A DNA stretch of 64,000 bases. It comes from an uncultured bacterium (lineage in GTDB: Bacteria; Chloroflexota; UBA5177; JANWHV01). The stretch spans positions 256,001-320,000 of the forward strand of contig CAWHAE010000018.1 of NCBI GenBank assembly GCA_963827235.1, read 5' to 3'. Shown piece after piece: positions 28,442-38,286 of this stretch; the stretch's first letter is position 1; every line of letters begins with the position of its first letter. The position numbers and the translations under genes are program-made. A model generated the notes under the pieces. It saw only the letters and a list, made by a program, of their open reading frames with translations, ran no database searches and was not told the origin of the DNA.

Positions 28442-29479
28442 GTGAGCACGGCGACGATCAAGTATGGCCCGATCAGCATTCACTGGTACGGTATTGTCGT
28501 CGCGCTGGCCATCGTAGTTGCCTTTGCCGTCTCCGCTATCGTTGCCCGCGTGCGCGGGCAGCGCGCTGAGCCCCTCGCCGGCATCGTTTTCCTGGTCGTG
28601 CTCGCCGGCCTGATCGGGGCCCGCGTCTGGTACTACATGTTCAGGCGGTCCTGGTACAGTCCCGATCCCGGCCGCATATTCGCCGTCTGGCAAGGCGGCA
28701 TGGCCCTGCACGGCGCACTGATCGGCGGCATCCTCGCTCTCCTGATCATCACCTGGAACCGCCGGCTCAGCTTTTGGGATTGGGCCGACATCTGCGCCCC
28801 GGGAGCGATCTTGGGGCAGGCCATCGGCCGTATCGGCGACCTGCTCAACCGCCAGGCATTTGGGCCGCCGACCTCCGGATCCCTCTTCGTCACCATCCCA
28901 CCGGAGAACCGTCCACCGCAGTACCTTGCCTTCGCTCATTTCACGCCTACGGCCGCGTACGAATGCGCCTGGGATCTGGTGGTCTTTGCCGTGGTGATAG
29001 GTCTCCTCTTCCTGCAGCGCTGGCGTCCGCGGCTGCTGCCAAGCGGCTCCCTCTTTCTGGCCTACCTCGTGCTCTATTCGGTGGGCCGCATCCCGCTCGA
29101 AGGTCTGCGTGTCGACAGCCTTTGGCTGGGCGACTTCCGGGTTGCCCAGGTGGCCAGCGGCCTGATTATCGCGGCGGGCTGTGCGCTGTACGCCGTGCTG
29201 CAGCTCACGCAGCGGATCGAGACGGCGGTAACGACTGCGCCTGTCAGGCCGGGCCTGGTCAGCGATGCCTACCTCCTGGCGGCAACGCGCAGCAGCCAGC
29301 TGCGCTTGGGACACGACCCGCTGGAATGGGACGATCTGGATAACGACGACGACGACGACGACATCGGTCGGGAGGCGCGGAACGGCAGCCGCTTGACAGC
29401 TCCCACGAAGCTTCAGCCGTCCGCGGCCGAGCCGGAGGAGACCGTGTTGACGTCGTCACAGGCGGAGGACGTATCGTGA
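28442..29479 (+). CDS. lgt: Prolipoprotein diacylglyceryl transferase
   Basis: IHWYG, IGARVWY, WQGGMALHG, GQAIGRIG, YE, GRIPLEGLR; start uncertain. Confidence 0.9.
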   Translation: MSTATIKYGPISIHWYGIVVALAIVVAFAVSAIVARVRGQRAEPLAGIVFLVVLAGLIGARVWYYMFRRSWYSPDPGRIFAVWQGGMALHGALIGGILALLIITWNRRLSFWDWADICAPGAILGQAIGRIGDLLNRQAFGPPTSGSLFVTIPPENRPPQYLAFAHFTPTAAYECAWDLVVFAVVIGLLFLQRWRPRLLPSGSLFLAYLVLYSVGRIPLEGLRVDSLWLGDFRVAQVASGLIIAAGCALYAVLQLTQRIETAVTTAPVRPGLVSDAYLLAATRSSQLRLGHDPLEWDDLDNDDDDDDIGREARNGSRLTAPTKLQPSAAEPEETVLTSSQAEDVS

Positions 29480-30255
29480 TGAGACTCACCATTCTGGGTG
29501 CCAGTCCGGCATGCCAGAACCCTGGAGGCGCCTGCTCGGGATATCTCGTAGAGCAGGACGACACGGCCATTGTGTTGGAGTGCGGCAGTGGCGTCTTTTC
29601 CCGGTTGCAGCACTACGTGAAGCCGGAGGGCGTGCGCGCTATAGTGATCTCTCACATGCATGCGGATCACTCGCTCGACCTGATGCAGTACCGCTACTAT
29701 CTCAGCTTCTTGGCCGCCCGTCGGGCCGGTGTTGCCCATCCCATGCTTTTCTTCCCCCCCGAGGGTCACGCCAAAATGCTTGGCGTGAGCAGCATGCAGG
29801 ACTCCTCGCCCACCTTCTTCAGCGACTTCTTCGACACCCGAGAATACGAGCCCGCCCGCGAGCTGCAGATCGGTCCGCTGACCATCGAGTTCATACCCGT
29901 CATGCACATCGCGCACAGCTACGGCTTGCGCATCCACGGTGACGGCCTGCTGGCGTTTTCCGGTGATACGGGGCTCTGCGAGAACCTCTCCGCACTGGCG
30001 CACGGCAGCGACCTCTTTCTCTGCGAGTGCTCGAACACCGAGCTCTCGGACTATGCATTCCACCTCACCCCCCATCAGGCAGGCGCGGTGGCGCAAGAGG
30101 CAGGCGCCAAGCAGCTCGTGCTCACGCATCGTTGGATCGTCGACGGCCAGGATAGTGCTGCCGGCGAGGCCCGCCGATCCTTCCGCGGGCCGGTGGCAAT
30201 CGCCCGCGAGGACATGCGGTTTTCTATCGGCCCGGATCCTGCTGCCGCACGGTGA
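29476..30255 (+). CDS. MBL-fold metallohydrolase (YhfI/RNase BN-like)
   Basis: CSGYLV, ISHMHADH, FSGDTG, HLTP, LVLTH. Confidence 0.9.
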   Translation: MMRLTILGASPACQNPGGACSGYLVEQDDTAIVLECGSGVFSRLQHYVKPEGVRAIVISHMHADHSLDLMQYRYYLSFLAARRAGVAHPMLFFPPEGHAKMLGVSSMQDSSPTFFSDFFDTREYEPARELQIGPLTIEFIPVMHIAHSYGLRIHGDGLLAFSGDTGLCENLSALAHGSDLFLCECSNTELSDYAFHLTPHQAGAVAQEAGAKQLVLTHRWIVDGQDSAAGEARRSFRGPVAIAREDMRFSIGPDPAAAR

Positions 30256-31153
30256 GCCAGATCCCGACCAGGATGATCGCGCCCCCGGTGACCGTGGAGA
30301 GCGGCGGCTGCTGGCCGAGCAGCGGCCAGGCCAGCAGGGAGGCACCGATCGGCTCGCCCAGGAAGCTCACCGAGACGACGGTGGCCGCGACGTATTTCAG
30401 CGCCCAGTTGTACAGCAGATGGCCGCCCAGGGTCGGCACGATGGCCAGCCCCAAGAAGATCAGCAGGTCCCGGCCACCTACCGCCGTGAGCGGCTGGCCG
30501 AAGGCCAGAGAGCACGGCGCAAGAAACAGCGCGCAGACCGCGTACACGGGTACGCTATAGTCCATCGTCTCCAGGCTGCGGCGAGCGCCGCGTCCAATCA
30601 GCAGGTAGCCGGCGAATACTACGGCGCCCGCGAAGGCCAGCAGGTCTCCGCGCACCGCGGCGCCGCCCAAGCGAACATCGCCGCCGGCCACGACGGCGCT
30701 GCCCAGTAGCGTCAGGGCTATGCCCAGCATCGCCAGCCGGTTGGTGCGCTCGCCGAATATGGTGTAGGCCGCAATCGCCACCAGAACGGGATGCACGGTG
30801 ACGAACAGCACCGAGCTGGCAACCGACGTGTATTGCAGCGAAACCGTCCAGGTGGCAAAGTGCAGCCCGAGCAGCACGCCGGAGGCGGCTATCCAGCCGA
30901 GGGTAGCCCGGTCCAGTCCGCGGAAGCGCGCCAAGCCGCCGCTGCGCACGAACGGCGTCAGCAGGAGAGCAACCGTTATCACCAGTCTGTAAGTGGCAAT
31001 GACCAACGGAGGCGACGTGCTCTCCTTGATCATATTGGCGGAGCACGACACCGCCAGTGTCGCAACGAGGAGGCCCAGGTAGGGGTTGATGATCGGTCGC
31101 AGTGAATCTGCCTCTGTGGTCCGATCCGTAGTATCTGTAGCGGAGATCGACAT
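30224..31153 (-). CDS. EamA/DMT-family transporter
   Basis: HFATWTVSLQYTSVASS, GDLLA, PTLGGH, LGEPIGA; ~10 TM. Confidence 0.9.
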   Translation of the reverse strand: MSISATDTTDRTTEADSLRPIINPYLGLLVATLAVSCSANMIKESTSPPLVIATYRLVITVALLLTPFVRSGGLARFRGLDRATLGWIAASGVLLGLHFATWTVSLQYTSVASSVLFVTVHPVLVAIAAYTIFGERTNRLAMLGIALTLLGSAVVAGGDVRLGGAAVRGDLLAFAGAVVFAGYLLIGRGARRSLETMDYSVPVYAVCALFLAPCSLAFGQPLTAVGGRDLLIFLGLAIVPTLGGHLLYNWALKYVAATVVSVSFLGEPIGASLLAWPLLGQQPPLSTVTGGAIILVGIWLTVRQQDPGR

Positions 31154-31275
31154 CAGCCGTTCGTGCTCCGCCCGTACCGCCGGAGGGTCGGGTACGCGCG
31201 CGCTGCTGGAGCCGCCGCGCCGTGGTGCGGCGAAGCCGGCCGAGTGCGCGCATTCAACGCTGTTTGGGAGCACCG

Positions 31276-31974
31276 ATGTCTGAGCCAAGGATCCAGCGCT
31301 TCAACCGCACGCAGCGCGCCCTGCACTGGAGTCATTCGATCACCTTCTTTATCCTGCTGGCCACTGGCGTCATTCTGCTCGTCAGGCAGATCGGCGAGCG
31401 GGTCGGCTATCACCTACTGATTCTACGAATTCACGAGTACACGGCGCTGTTCTACATCTTCGGCCCCCTGTTGTGGGTACTGGTAGGCGACCGGCGCTCG
31501 TTGTTTCGCGATCTGAAGGAGTTCGACGAGTGGGATGAGGACGACGTGGAGTGGCTGAAGCGAGCCGTGCTCCACGGCCCGGCGGCGAGCAGTCTACCGC
31601 CTCAAGGCCGATACAATGCGGGTCAGAAACTGAACGGAGTCCTCACCCTTGCCGCCACTGCAGGCTTTATCGTCACCGGTATCATTCTCTGGCGTCCTCC
31701 GGGCCTGGCCGAGGTTCTGCCATCCTGGGTGTTCAGCGACGCCATCAGCAATAACGCGATCTTCCTGCACCAGCTCCTGCTCTACGTGAGCGTACCGCTG
31801 GTACTAGGCCACATCTACCTTGCGGCGGTCTCTCGCGCCACGCGCCCCTCGCTCAGCGCGCTGGTGAACGGCACGGTACCTCTATCCTACGCCCGCGAGC
31901 ACCACCCGAAGTGGGCAGCAGAAGTTGTGGCGCCGGCCGCTGTGCCGAGGGAGGGAGCCGCCAGTCCCGAATAG
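31276..31974 (+). CDS. Di-heme cytochrome b (formate dehydrogenase gamma/FdnI-like)
   Basis: RFNRTQRALHW, IHE, GRYNAGQK, LH...GHIYLA, AREHHPKW. Confidence 0.88.
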   Translation: MSEPRIQRFNRTQRALHWSHSITFFILLATGVILLVRQIGERVGYHLLILRIHEYTALFYIFGPLLWVLVGDRRSLFRDLKEFDEWDEDDVEWLKRAVLHGPAASSLPPQGRYNAGQKLNGVLTLAATAGFIVTGIILWRPPGLAEVLPSWVFSDAISNNAIFLHQLLLYVSVPLVLGHIYLAAVSRATRPSLSALVNGTVPLSYAREHHPKWAAEVVAPAAVPREGAASPE

Positions 31975-32003
31975 TGGTTGATCGGCCGGTGTGCCGGTCG
32001 GGC

Positions 32004-32198
32004 TTACGCCTCGGCGCTTATCGGCACTTCCTCGCGTTCGCGCCGCTCCTCGAAATGCGGGCAAATGAGCGCGAGATCGCCGGTCCAGATCGTCTGCGCC
32101 GTGCCGAAGCCGAGACCGCAGACATAGCCGTCGTCGGATGCGCTGAGATTCTCGCAGCGAAAGCAATTTCGTGGCTTCTTCTCGTCAAGGTACGGCAT
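32004..32198 (-). CDS. Small Cys-rich protein
   Basis: MPYLDEKKPRNCFRCENL...VCGL...ICPHF; GGAGAGAGG RBS. Confidence 0.65.
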   Translation of the reverse strand: MPYLDEKKPRNCFRCENLSASDDGYVCGLGFGTAQTIWTGDLALICPHFEERREREEVPISAEA

Positions 32199-32752
32199 GG
32201 GCCTCTCTCCAATCATCGCATGCATGCAGCATTGTAGTGTAGCCGCGGCGCCCGGGACCCGCAAGCCGGGGAGTGCACCGGCGGTCCTGCCGTCCAGGGC
32301 TCCGTCCCATCGGTCCAGGGACCGCAGCCACCTCCGGCTGTGCCGGACACTACTCCTTCCCCAGCCGCTGGACAGTGATGCCACTGCGCCGCGATTCCAG
32401 GTAAGCACCACGCGCCGCGGCCGGCCTGCAGTGTGCGATCCAGGGCTTCGGCCCGGCGATACCGGGACCCGTGGCCACTCGGCCGCCTCGGCACGTGCCC
32501 GGCATGGCTTCCATCTTCGGCCGACAACGTTCCGGTGCGTCGCGCGCCAGGTCCGCGCTATACCCCGGTCCGCGCGCCAAACCCGGCCACCAGCATGGTA
32601 TAATCGCTGGCGAGTGGCGGCAGCAGTTAGGGCGTTCGCAGCCGTAGGGGTATCTTTATTCTTAGCTGGATCGAGTTCAAGCTATGTGCTTCCCGCGCAG
32701 TCGCGTCGATGCAGCATGTAGGATTCCATAGCGAAGGGCCCCGACAAAAGTA

Positions 32753-34078
32753 ATGGCCGCAGCACGTTGCCCGAACTGCACGCGCAAGATTCACATCTGG
32801 AACAACCACTCAGGTTTCTGCAGCAAACGGTGTCGTGACGAATCGAAGAGCGCGTGCCTCAATTGCGGGAAGGCTGGCCTGTTCAAGCACGAGCGGCTTG
32901 GCTGCTGTAGTGACGAGTGCCGCTTCTGGTACGTCACGACCCTGCTCGGCTACGACCGCGAGTTTCTGCTGACTCCCGCCTGGGACAAGGTGGTCTATCA
33001 CGTGCGCTTGCCCTCGGCAAACGCCGAGATATCGTCGCTGCAGCTCGACGAGCTGGAGTTCGAGCGTGCGCGTGATACGATTCTGGTGGTCGCCGCGCCG
33101 GCCTGGATCTCGCGACAGAAAGTGCTCGCCGAGCTTCCTTACGTGCGCTTTGACAATGCCGCCTGGCAACATCTGCGCGTCGACGGCACCCTCTCTTCAG
33201 ATGAGGTAGAGCGATTCCGCGGCATGTGCTACGACGACCCCCTGCTCTACCACAAGCTGGGGGTTCACGTGTTCGAGAAGATTCGCGGGCAGGGCGGCAC
33301 GAGCCCGATCACACCCCCCTCCACGGTCCAGCTCGCGCCCGGTACGATCGGCTTGACGCAGCCGATGCTGCCGATCGGCGCCTACGGCGCCGACACCACG
33401 GCGCAGACCGTCATGCCCTTGCAGTTGGCGCAGGTGAGCCAGGCCGGCACGGCGCTGGCAGAGCCCGAGCACTTCGGTTCGCAGGTGCGCACGCTGTTTG
33501 CGTTGAGAGGCTACCAGGTCACGAGTGCCGATTCGACTACCGACTCCGCGCTCTTGCTCACCAAGGGCAGCAAGCGCGCCGTGGCCGTCTACCATTGGCA
33601 GCATGGCATGGTCTCCGACGAGCCGGTACGGCTCGTGCTCGACCTGATGACTACGTGGGAGGCCTCGAACGGCTACGTGGTGACAAACGGCCATTTCACG
33701 TTGCAGGTGGAGGATTCGGTGGCCGGACGAGCCGTGCAGTTGATCGACGGCGACCAGCTTGCTGCGCTGGTTGACGGTATGCGCAGCGGCGGCCAGCCGG
33801 CCGAGTCCCCGGAGCAAACCGTGGTGACCGGCCCTGCGCCCTCGACAAGCGCCGACGCCGAGCTAAACGGGCACGATAACCACCTGAATGGGCATTCCTC
33901 GCACGAGGACGACCTCGGTGCGACGCGGGTGCTCGCCGCGCCGGCAGAGAGACCGGAGGAGGTAACGCGGAGGCTCTCCAACGCGGAGCCGGTCGGCGCC
34001 GCCCTCCAAGGACCTGCCGCCCCCGACCGCCCGCCGCTTGACGTCGAGCCCGGCGAGACAGAGTTGCTGCAGCCCTGA
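32753..34078 (+). CDS. Zn-finger protein with a C-terminal degenerate Mrr-like restriction-endonuclease domain
   Basis: CPNC...FCSKRC and CLNC...CCSDEC; F..QVRTLFALRGYQV...GYVVTNGHFT...VQLIDGDQLAALV. Confidence 0.75.
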   Translation: MAAARCPNCTRKIHIWNNHSGFCSKRCRDESKSACLNCGKAGLFKHERLGCCSDECRFWYVTTLLGYDREFLLTPAWDKVVYHVRLPSANAEISSLQLDELEFERARDTILVVAAPAWISRQKVLAELPYVRFDNAAWQHLRVDGTLSSDEVERFRGMCYDDPLLYHKLGVHVFEKIRGQGGTSPITPPSTVQLAPGTIGLTQPMLPIGAYGADTTAQTVMPLQLAQVSQAGTALAEPEHFGSQVRTLFALRGYQVTSADSTTDSALLLTKGSKRAVAVYHWQHGMVSDEPVRLVLDLMTTWEASNGYVVTNGHFTLQVEDSVAGRAVQLIDGDQLAALVDGMRSGGQPAESPEQTVVTGPAPSTSADAELNGHDNHLNGHSSHEDDLGATRVLAAPAERPEEVTRRLSNAEPVGAALQGPAAPDRPPLDVEPGETELLQP

Positions 34079-34411
34079 TCCTGCCCCCCCCCGCCCGGGC
34101 ACGCCCTTGCGCGGGCACGGCGAGGCTAACACGACTCATCCACGGGCACCAGATCGTGCGATTGACGGTGCAAGGCCGCCATACGAGGATAGAGGGGCCG
34201 GTCTTGTGAGCGTTATCGATGCATCATGCTACGCTGGACGGACGCATCCCACGGCGGCTGTTCCAGAGTCACACCGATCGGCCCTGTCTTCGCCGGGTAT
34301 GGCTAAAGAAGTGGTAGTACGTGCCGATAACGTAAGACGAGCAGGTTGATCTGGGGTACCTGTGGCAGCGGCGCCGAGGACGAGTGGTGCCCTGGGTGGA
34401 GGCTAATACTT

Positions 34412-34774
34412 ATGGCAACGTTTCTGGTAGCAGACGACGCCGCGTTCATGCGCATGCGCTGTGTGAAGCTCCTGAAGGAGGGCGGGCACGAGACGGTCGA
34501 GGTCGAGAACGGCAAGCAGGCCGTCGAGACATACCAGCGCATCAAACCCGACGCAGTGCTCCTGGACATTACCATGCCTGAGATGGATGGACTGGAGGCG
34601 CTGCGCCAGATCTTGGCGGCCGACCCAAAGGCGCGAGTGGCCATGGTGACCGCGGTCGGCCAGCAGTCGGTGGTCATCGAAGCGCTTAAGGCCGGTGCGT
34701 GCGACTTCGTCGTGAAGCCGTTCCAGCCATCGCGGTTTCTCCAAGCAGTGCATCGGCTGCTTGAACCGAGGTGA
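34412..34774 (+). CDS. cheY: CheY-like single-domain response regulator
   Basis: VADDAAFMR, LLDITMPEMDG, MVTAVGQQ, GACDFVVKPF. Confidence 0.88.
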   Translation: MATFLVADDAAFMRMRCVKLLKEGGHETVEVENGKQAVETYQRIKPDAVLLDITMPEMDGLEALRQILAADPKARVAMVTAVGQQSVVIEALKAGACDFVVKPFQPSRFLQAVHRLLEPR

Positions 34775-34895
34775 GCATCCTCTCTTCGCCGCATTCGAGA
34801 GAGCGGCGCACCTTATGCAGATGGTGTCATCGTCACGCATCTGTGTCGACGTGGACCGTTTCTTCACGGCCCCGGAAGGATAGAGGAGTCGAAGC

Positions 34896-35363
34896 ATGAA
34901 TGCGGAAGTGATCAAAGCCTTTACCAGCGCGGCGCGCGATGTTCTCTCACAGGAGCTCGGTGAGCCGATCGAGCTGCAGGATGCGCGACTGCAAGGCGGA
35001 CCATATCGCGTGGGCGACGTAACCGTGGTAGTCGGTATCGCGCAGGACATAGAGGGTGCGGTCCTGATGTGCCTGTCGAAGCCCACCGCGCGGCAGTACC
35101 TTTCGAACGTTCTGGGCGAAGAGGTGGAAGAGCTCGACGAGATAGCGCTCAGCGGCATCGGCGAGCTTGGCAACATGATTGCCGGCGCTGCCGGCGCGCG
35201 GTTGGCCGAGCTGGGCTACACGACGGTCATCGCGCCGCCCACGGTGTTCGTCGACGGCGGCACGATCTCAACGCTCACCCTGCCGCGCCTCGTCGTTCCA
35301 GTCCACTCGCCGATCGGTTCGCTCGATCTGCAGCTCGCCGCGCGAATTCACGCCAATCCGTAG
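34896..35363 (+). CDS. cheX: CheX-family CheY-P phosphatase
   Basis: VTVVVGIAQDIEG, SGIGELGNMIAG (ExxN), IAPPTV. Confidence 0.9.
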   Translation: MNAEVIKAFTSAARDVLSQELGEPIELQDARLQGGPYRVGDVTVVVGIAQDIEGAVLMCLSKPTARQYLSNVLGEEVEELDEIALSGIGELGNMIAGAAGARLAELGYTTVIAPPTVFVDGGTISTLTLPRLVVPVHSPIGSLDLQLAARIHANP

Positions 35364-35408
35364 GTGATTGACGCCCGATGATGAACTGGGCAGCCCGATA
35401 GTCGCGTG

Positions 35409-36311
35409 TCACGGCAAGGCTACGGTGCCGTCTGCGCGACGTGCCACGAGACCGTCGCGCTCCAGGTCGCGCAATAGGCCGTCGAGCCACGGGGCATCCG
35501 TGCCCGAGTAATCCGCTTTGATGTCCGCGCCGAGGTCGAGCGCGGAGAGCGCCTCGCCATCGGCCAATCGGCGCAGGCGCTCGACGATGCGGCCGCGATA
35601 ATAGCGCGTCGAGCCGCTAAACTGAGCCGGTCCCGGCACCTTGTAACCGCCTTTGCGCTCGCGTACCACGGGCGAGATGCGTCCTGCCGCACTGCACCAT
35701 GGACGCGCAGGGCAAAGCAGGCACTTGGGACTGCGCTCAGTGCAGAGGGAGGCCCCCAAATCCATGAGCGCCTGGTTCCACTCGTACGCGTTGCTTTCCG
35801 GCAAAGCCTCCGCCGCCAAGCGCCACTGGGCGCTCGCCGCGCCCAGCCGGGGGCCATCCGGTCCGTGCGCGATCCGGCCCAGCACGCGCCGCACGTTGGT
35901 GTCCAGCACCGGTTCCCGCCGGCCGAATGCGAAACAGGCGACCGCCGACGCCGTGTAGCGGCCCACGCCTTCCAGCGCCGTCATGCCCTCAACGGTATCC
36001 GGCAGCGCACACCCGTGGTGCGTGCAGAGCGCCTGGGCCACGCGCTGCAGGCGCACGGCACGCCGATTGTAACCTAGCCCTTGCCAGGCACGGATCACCT
36101 CCGCGGTCGCTGCGACAGACAGGGCGTCGAAGCTCGGGAACTGCGCCAGAAAGGAACGATACTTGGCCACGACGCGATCAACCTGTGTCTGCTGGAGCAT
36201 GAACTCCGCGACAAGGATGGCATACGGATCTCGCGTTCGCCGCCAGGGCAGATCGCGCGCCGCGCCGGCATACCAGCCGAGCACGGCGTTGTGAAGGGGT
36301 TCCCAGTTCAA
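35409..36311 (-). CDS. mutY: A/G-specific adenine glycosylase, short form without NUDIX domain
   Basis: RDLPWR, EFMLQQTQV, WQGLGYNRRA, GVGRYTA, DTNVRRV, C-x6-C-x2-C-x5-C. Confidence 0.93.
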   Translation of the reverse strand: MNWEPLHNAVLGWYAGAARDLPWRRTRDPYAILVAEFMLQQTQVDRVVAKYRSFLAQFPSFDALSVAATAEVIRAWQGLGYNRRAVRLQRVAQALCTHHGCALPDTVEGMTALEGVGRYTASAVACFAFGRREPVLDTNVRRVLGRIAHGPDGPRLGAASAQWRLAAEALPESNAYEWNQALMDLGASLCTERSPKCLLCPARPWCSAAGRISPVVRERKGGYKVPGPAQFSGSTRYYRGRIVERLRRLADGEALSALDLGADIKADYSGTDAPWLDGLLRDLERDGLVARRADGTVALP

Positions 36312-36748
36312 GCCTTCTTGTTGAGCTCCTCCGCCAACCGGTCGGCGCGCGCCTCCGCCGTGCGAAGGCGGCGCGATAGCATGGGCAGAAGCGGTAAGGC
36401 CATCTCGGGGTGCGATTCCAGCTCGCCTAGGAACTCCCACTTGGCGAGCGTCGCGCAGACGGTAGGCTGCGTCGTCTTCACGTCGGCAGTTCTGGGCAGG
36501 TCGTCGAGCAGCGCGGTCTCGCCGAAGAAATCGCCGGGTCCAAGTTTCTGCAGGAGCCGTCCGCCGCGCAGCACGTCGCAGGCGCCCTCGATCACGATGT
36601 AGAGGCCGAGACCGAGCTGGCCCTCAGCCACGATAGCCTGTCCCGCCGGGTATTCCTGCGTCTTCATCAGCCTGGACAGAGACTTGACCGCGCGGGAGTC
36701 CAACCGCTCGAACAGCGTTACGTGCGCCAGCAGCTCGTCCACTTTCAT
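36308..36748 (-). CDS. Stand-alone cyclic nucleotide-binding domain protein
   Basis: LYIVIEG, GPGDFFGETALL, PRTADV. Confidence 0.9.
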   Translation of the reverse strand: MKVDELLAHVTLFERLDSRAVKSLSRLMKTQEYPAGQAIVAEGQLGLGLYIVIEGACDVLRGGRLLQKLGPGDFFGETALLDDLPRTADVKTTQPTVCATLAKWEFLGELESHPEMALPLLPMLSRRLRTAEARADRLAEELNKKA

Positions 36749-37027
36749 GTTGTGTGCCTCCAGAGGCTACGCGTCGCTTCACGTGTCCCTGTGATTCCAG
36801 GCCTCCCATACCGATGGGGCGATCGGGGCGCCGCCAACTGACGCGGCGCTCCGGGCCACCGCGACAGCAACCTGCCCGGCACCGCACTGCCGCCAACGAG
36901 CCGCTACCCCAGGCGGACGACGGCTGTTACGGCCGATCAACCGCGTCGGCTGGCGGAAGTTACCGACGGGAGTCACGCCTCCCATACCAGGAGCCGCTAC
37001 TACCAGTATAGAGGAATGTAGGACTCT

Positions 37028-37657
37028 CTATGCCGAGGCAGACGCGCCGCAGACGGTCACGAGCCGCCCAGCCACGGCCTCCGGTACGCCCTCGCCCTTC
37101 AACCGGGAGAGAATGCCGCGAAGCAACCTTTCGGCGGCCGGTCGTGCCTCGTTGCTTCCCGAGACGTGAGACTGGATGATCACTCGCGCCAGTGCCTGCC
37201 GCTCGTTCGGCTGCAGCGTAGACAGCGAAGTCAGGCGGTCGCGGACGAAGGAAGGTGCATCGGAAGCGGTCTCCACGTCCACGAGCACCCTCAGCTGGCC
37301 GCCGTCCCAACCGAGCGTGCGCTGCCGGAGCATGGTATCAAAGGTATCGCGCAGGATGAGCGACTCGGGCGCGGCGCACTCCTGCGTTAGCGCCAGACTG
37401 AAGCAAAACGGCGTGTTCTGCAGCAAGCCGAGCTCGCCCGCCAAAAAGGCCAGGCACTGTAGATCTGATTCGTCACGCAGGTTCTTCACCGCTCGCACAA
37501 GCGCGAGCAGGGTATGTTGCGGTCGATTTGCCGAGGGACGGGCCGGTGGAATGTCGCTTGGCGCCGTCGACTGATTTCCAGGAGCATACCCTAACGCCAC
37601 GGATCTCGTCTCCCTTCCCCGCATGGGTATCGACACAATGTCGGGACGAGCGTTCAC
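37028..37657 (-). CDS. Hypothetical protein, possible divergent YwgA/Panacea-like wHTH fold
   Basis: GGGGGAG RBS plus GTG; LQCLAFLAGE...PFCF...APES pattern. Confidence 0.55.
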   Translation of the reverse strand: MNARPDIVSIPMRGRETRSVALGYAPGNQSTAPSDIPPARPSANRPQHTLLALVRAVKNLRDESDLQCLAFLAGELGLLQNTPFCFSLALTQECAAPESLILRDTFDTMLRQRTLGWDGGQLRVLVDVETASDAPSFVRDRLTSLSTLQPNERQALARVIIQSHVSGSNEARPAAERLLRGILSRLKGEGVPEAVAGRLVTVCGASASA

Positions 37658-37860
37658 TCCCCCAAAGTGAACACGGAGACGTGCTGCTGCTGCCGCAGTT
37701 GGGCAGTCCCTAGCACCGGCTACCTAGGTAAATACTACAACAAAACGGCCCTGTGTGGCGAGGCCTTCAACACAACATGTTGGGGCAATCGCGCGCCTAT
37801 GCCCGACGTGTCGAAACGGCACCGGTCGGAAAGCCGAAAACTGCGGGCGCGGACCCGGCT

Positions 37861-37905
37861 GCAGGGCCGGGGAAACCCGCCGAAAAATCGGTTCCCCGGC
37901 CCTGC
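37861..37905. repeat. Inverted repeat with 14-bp perfect arms
   Basis: GCAGGGCCGGGGAA...TTCCCCGGCCCTGC. Confidence 0.75.
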
Positions 37906-38017
37906 CAAAGTCTTTCCTATTAACAACGCGAGAGTATCGGCGCTGCCTTGTGCGACCCGCCGCGGCGAGCACACGGCAACCGGCCGCCCCTCACAGCGAC
38001 CAATGCCGTTCGGTAGT

Positions 38018-38281
38018 CTAATGTTGAAGCGCGGGATGGTTTCGCCAGGCCGGCATGGTACGCATGTAGTCGCGCGTGGCCGTTTCGGCGGCCGGGCGCT
38101 CCATGCCTTCCCTGCGCATCATCCATTGCGTCATGCGCTCGAACCGCTCGTCAAACGCCTGCAGGTCGCCCTCCGGCGTCGAGCAGTAGCGGCACCAAGC
38201 ACTATCGGACCGACCCTGAGCGTGATCCTCGAGCGTCTCCATGGGCATGCCGCAGCTCACACAGGCAGTTGCGTTGGCCAT
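38018..38281 (-). CDS. Zinc-ribbon protein (Zn_ribbon_2-like)
   Basis: CVSCGMPM...WCRYC...MPAW. Confidence 0.85.
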   Translation of the reverse strand: MANATACVSCGMPMETLEDHAQGRSDSAWCRYCSTPEGDLQAFDERFERMTQWMMRREGMERPAAETATRDYMRTMPAWRNHPALQH

Positions 38282-38286
38282 TTGCT

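Noticed and set aside
29344-29362. (GAC)n microsatellite
   Set aside because: In-frame poly-Asp in the Lgt tail; not a phase-variation tract.
36801-36988. GCCTCCCATACC repeated twice, ~176 bp apart
   Set aside because: Only 12 bp and two copies; not CRISPR-like and no enclosed element.
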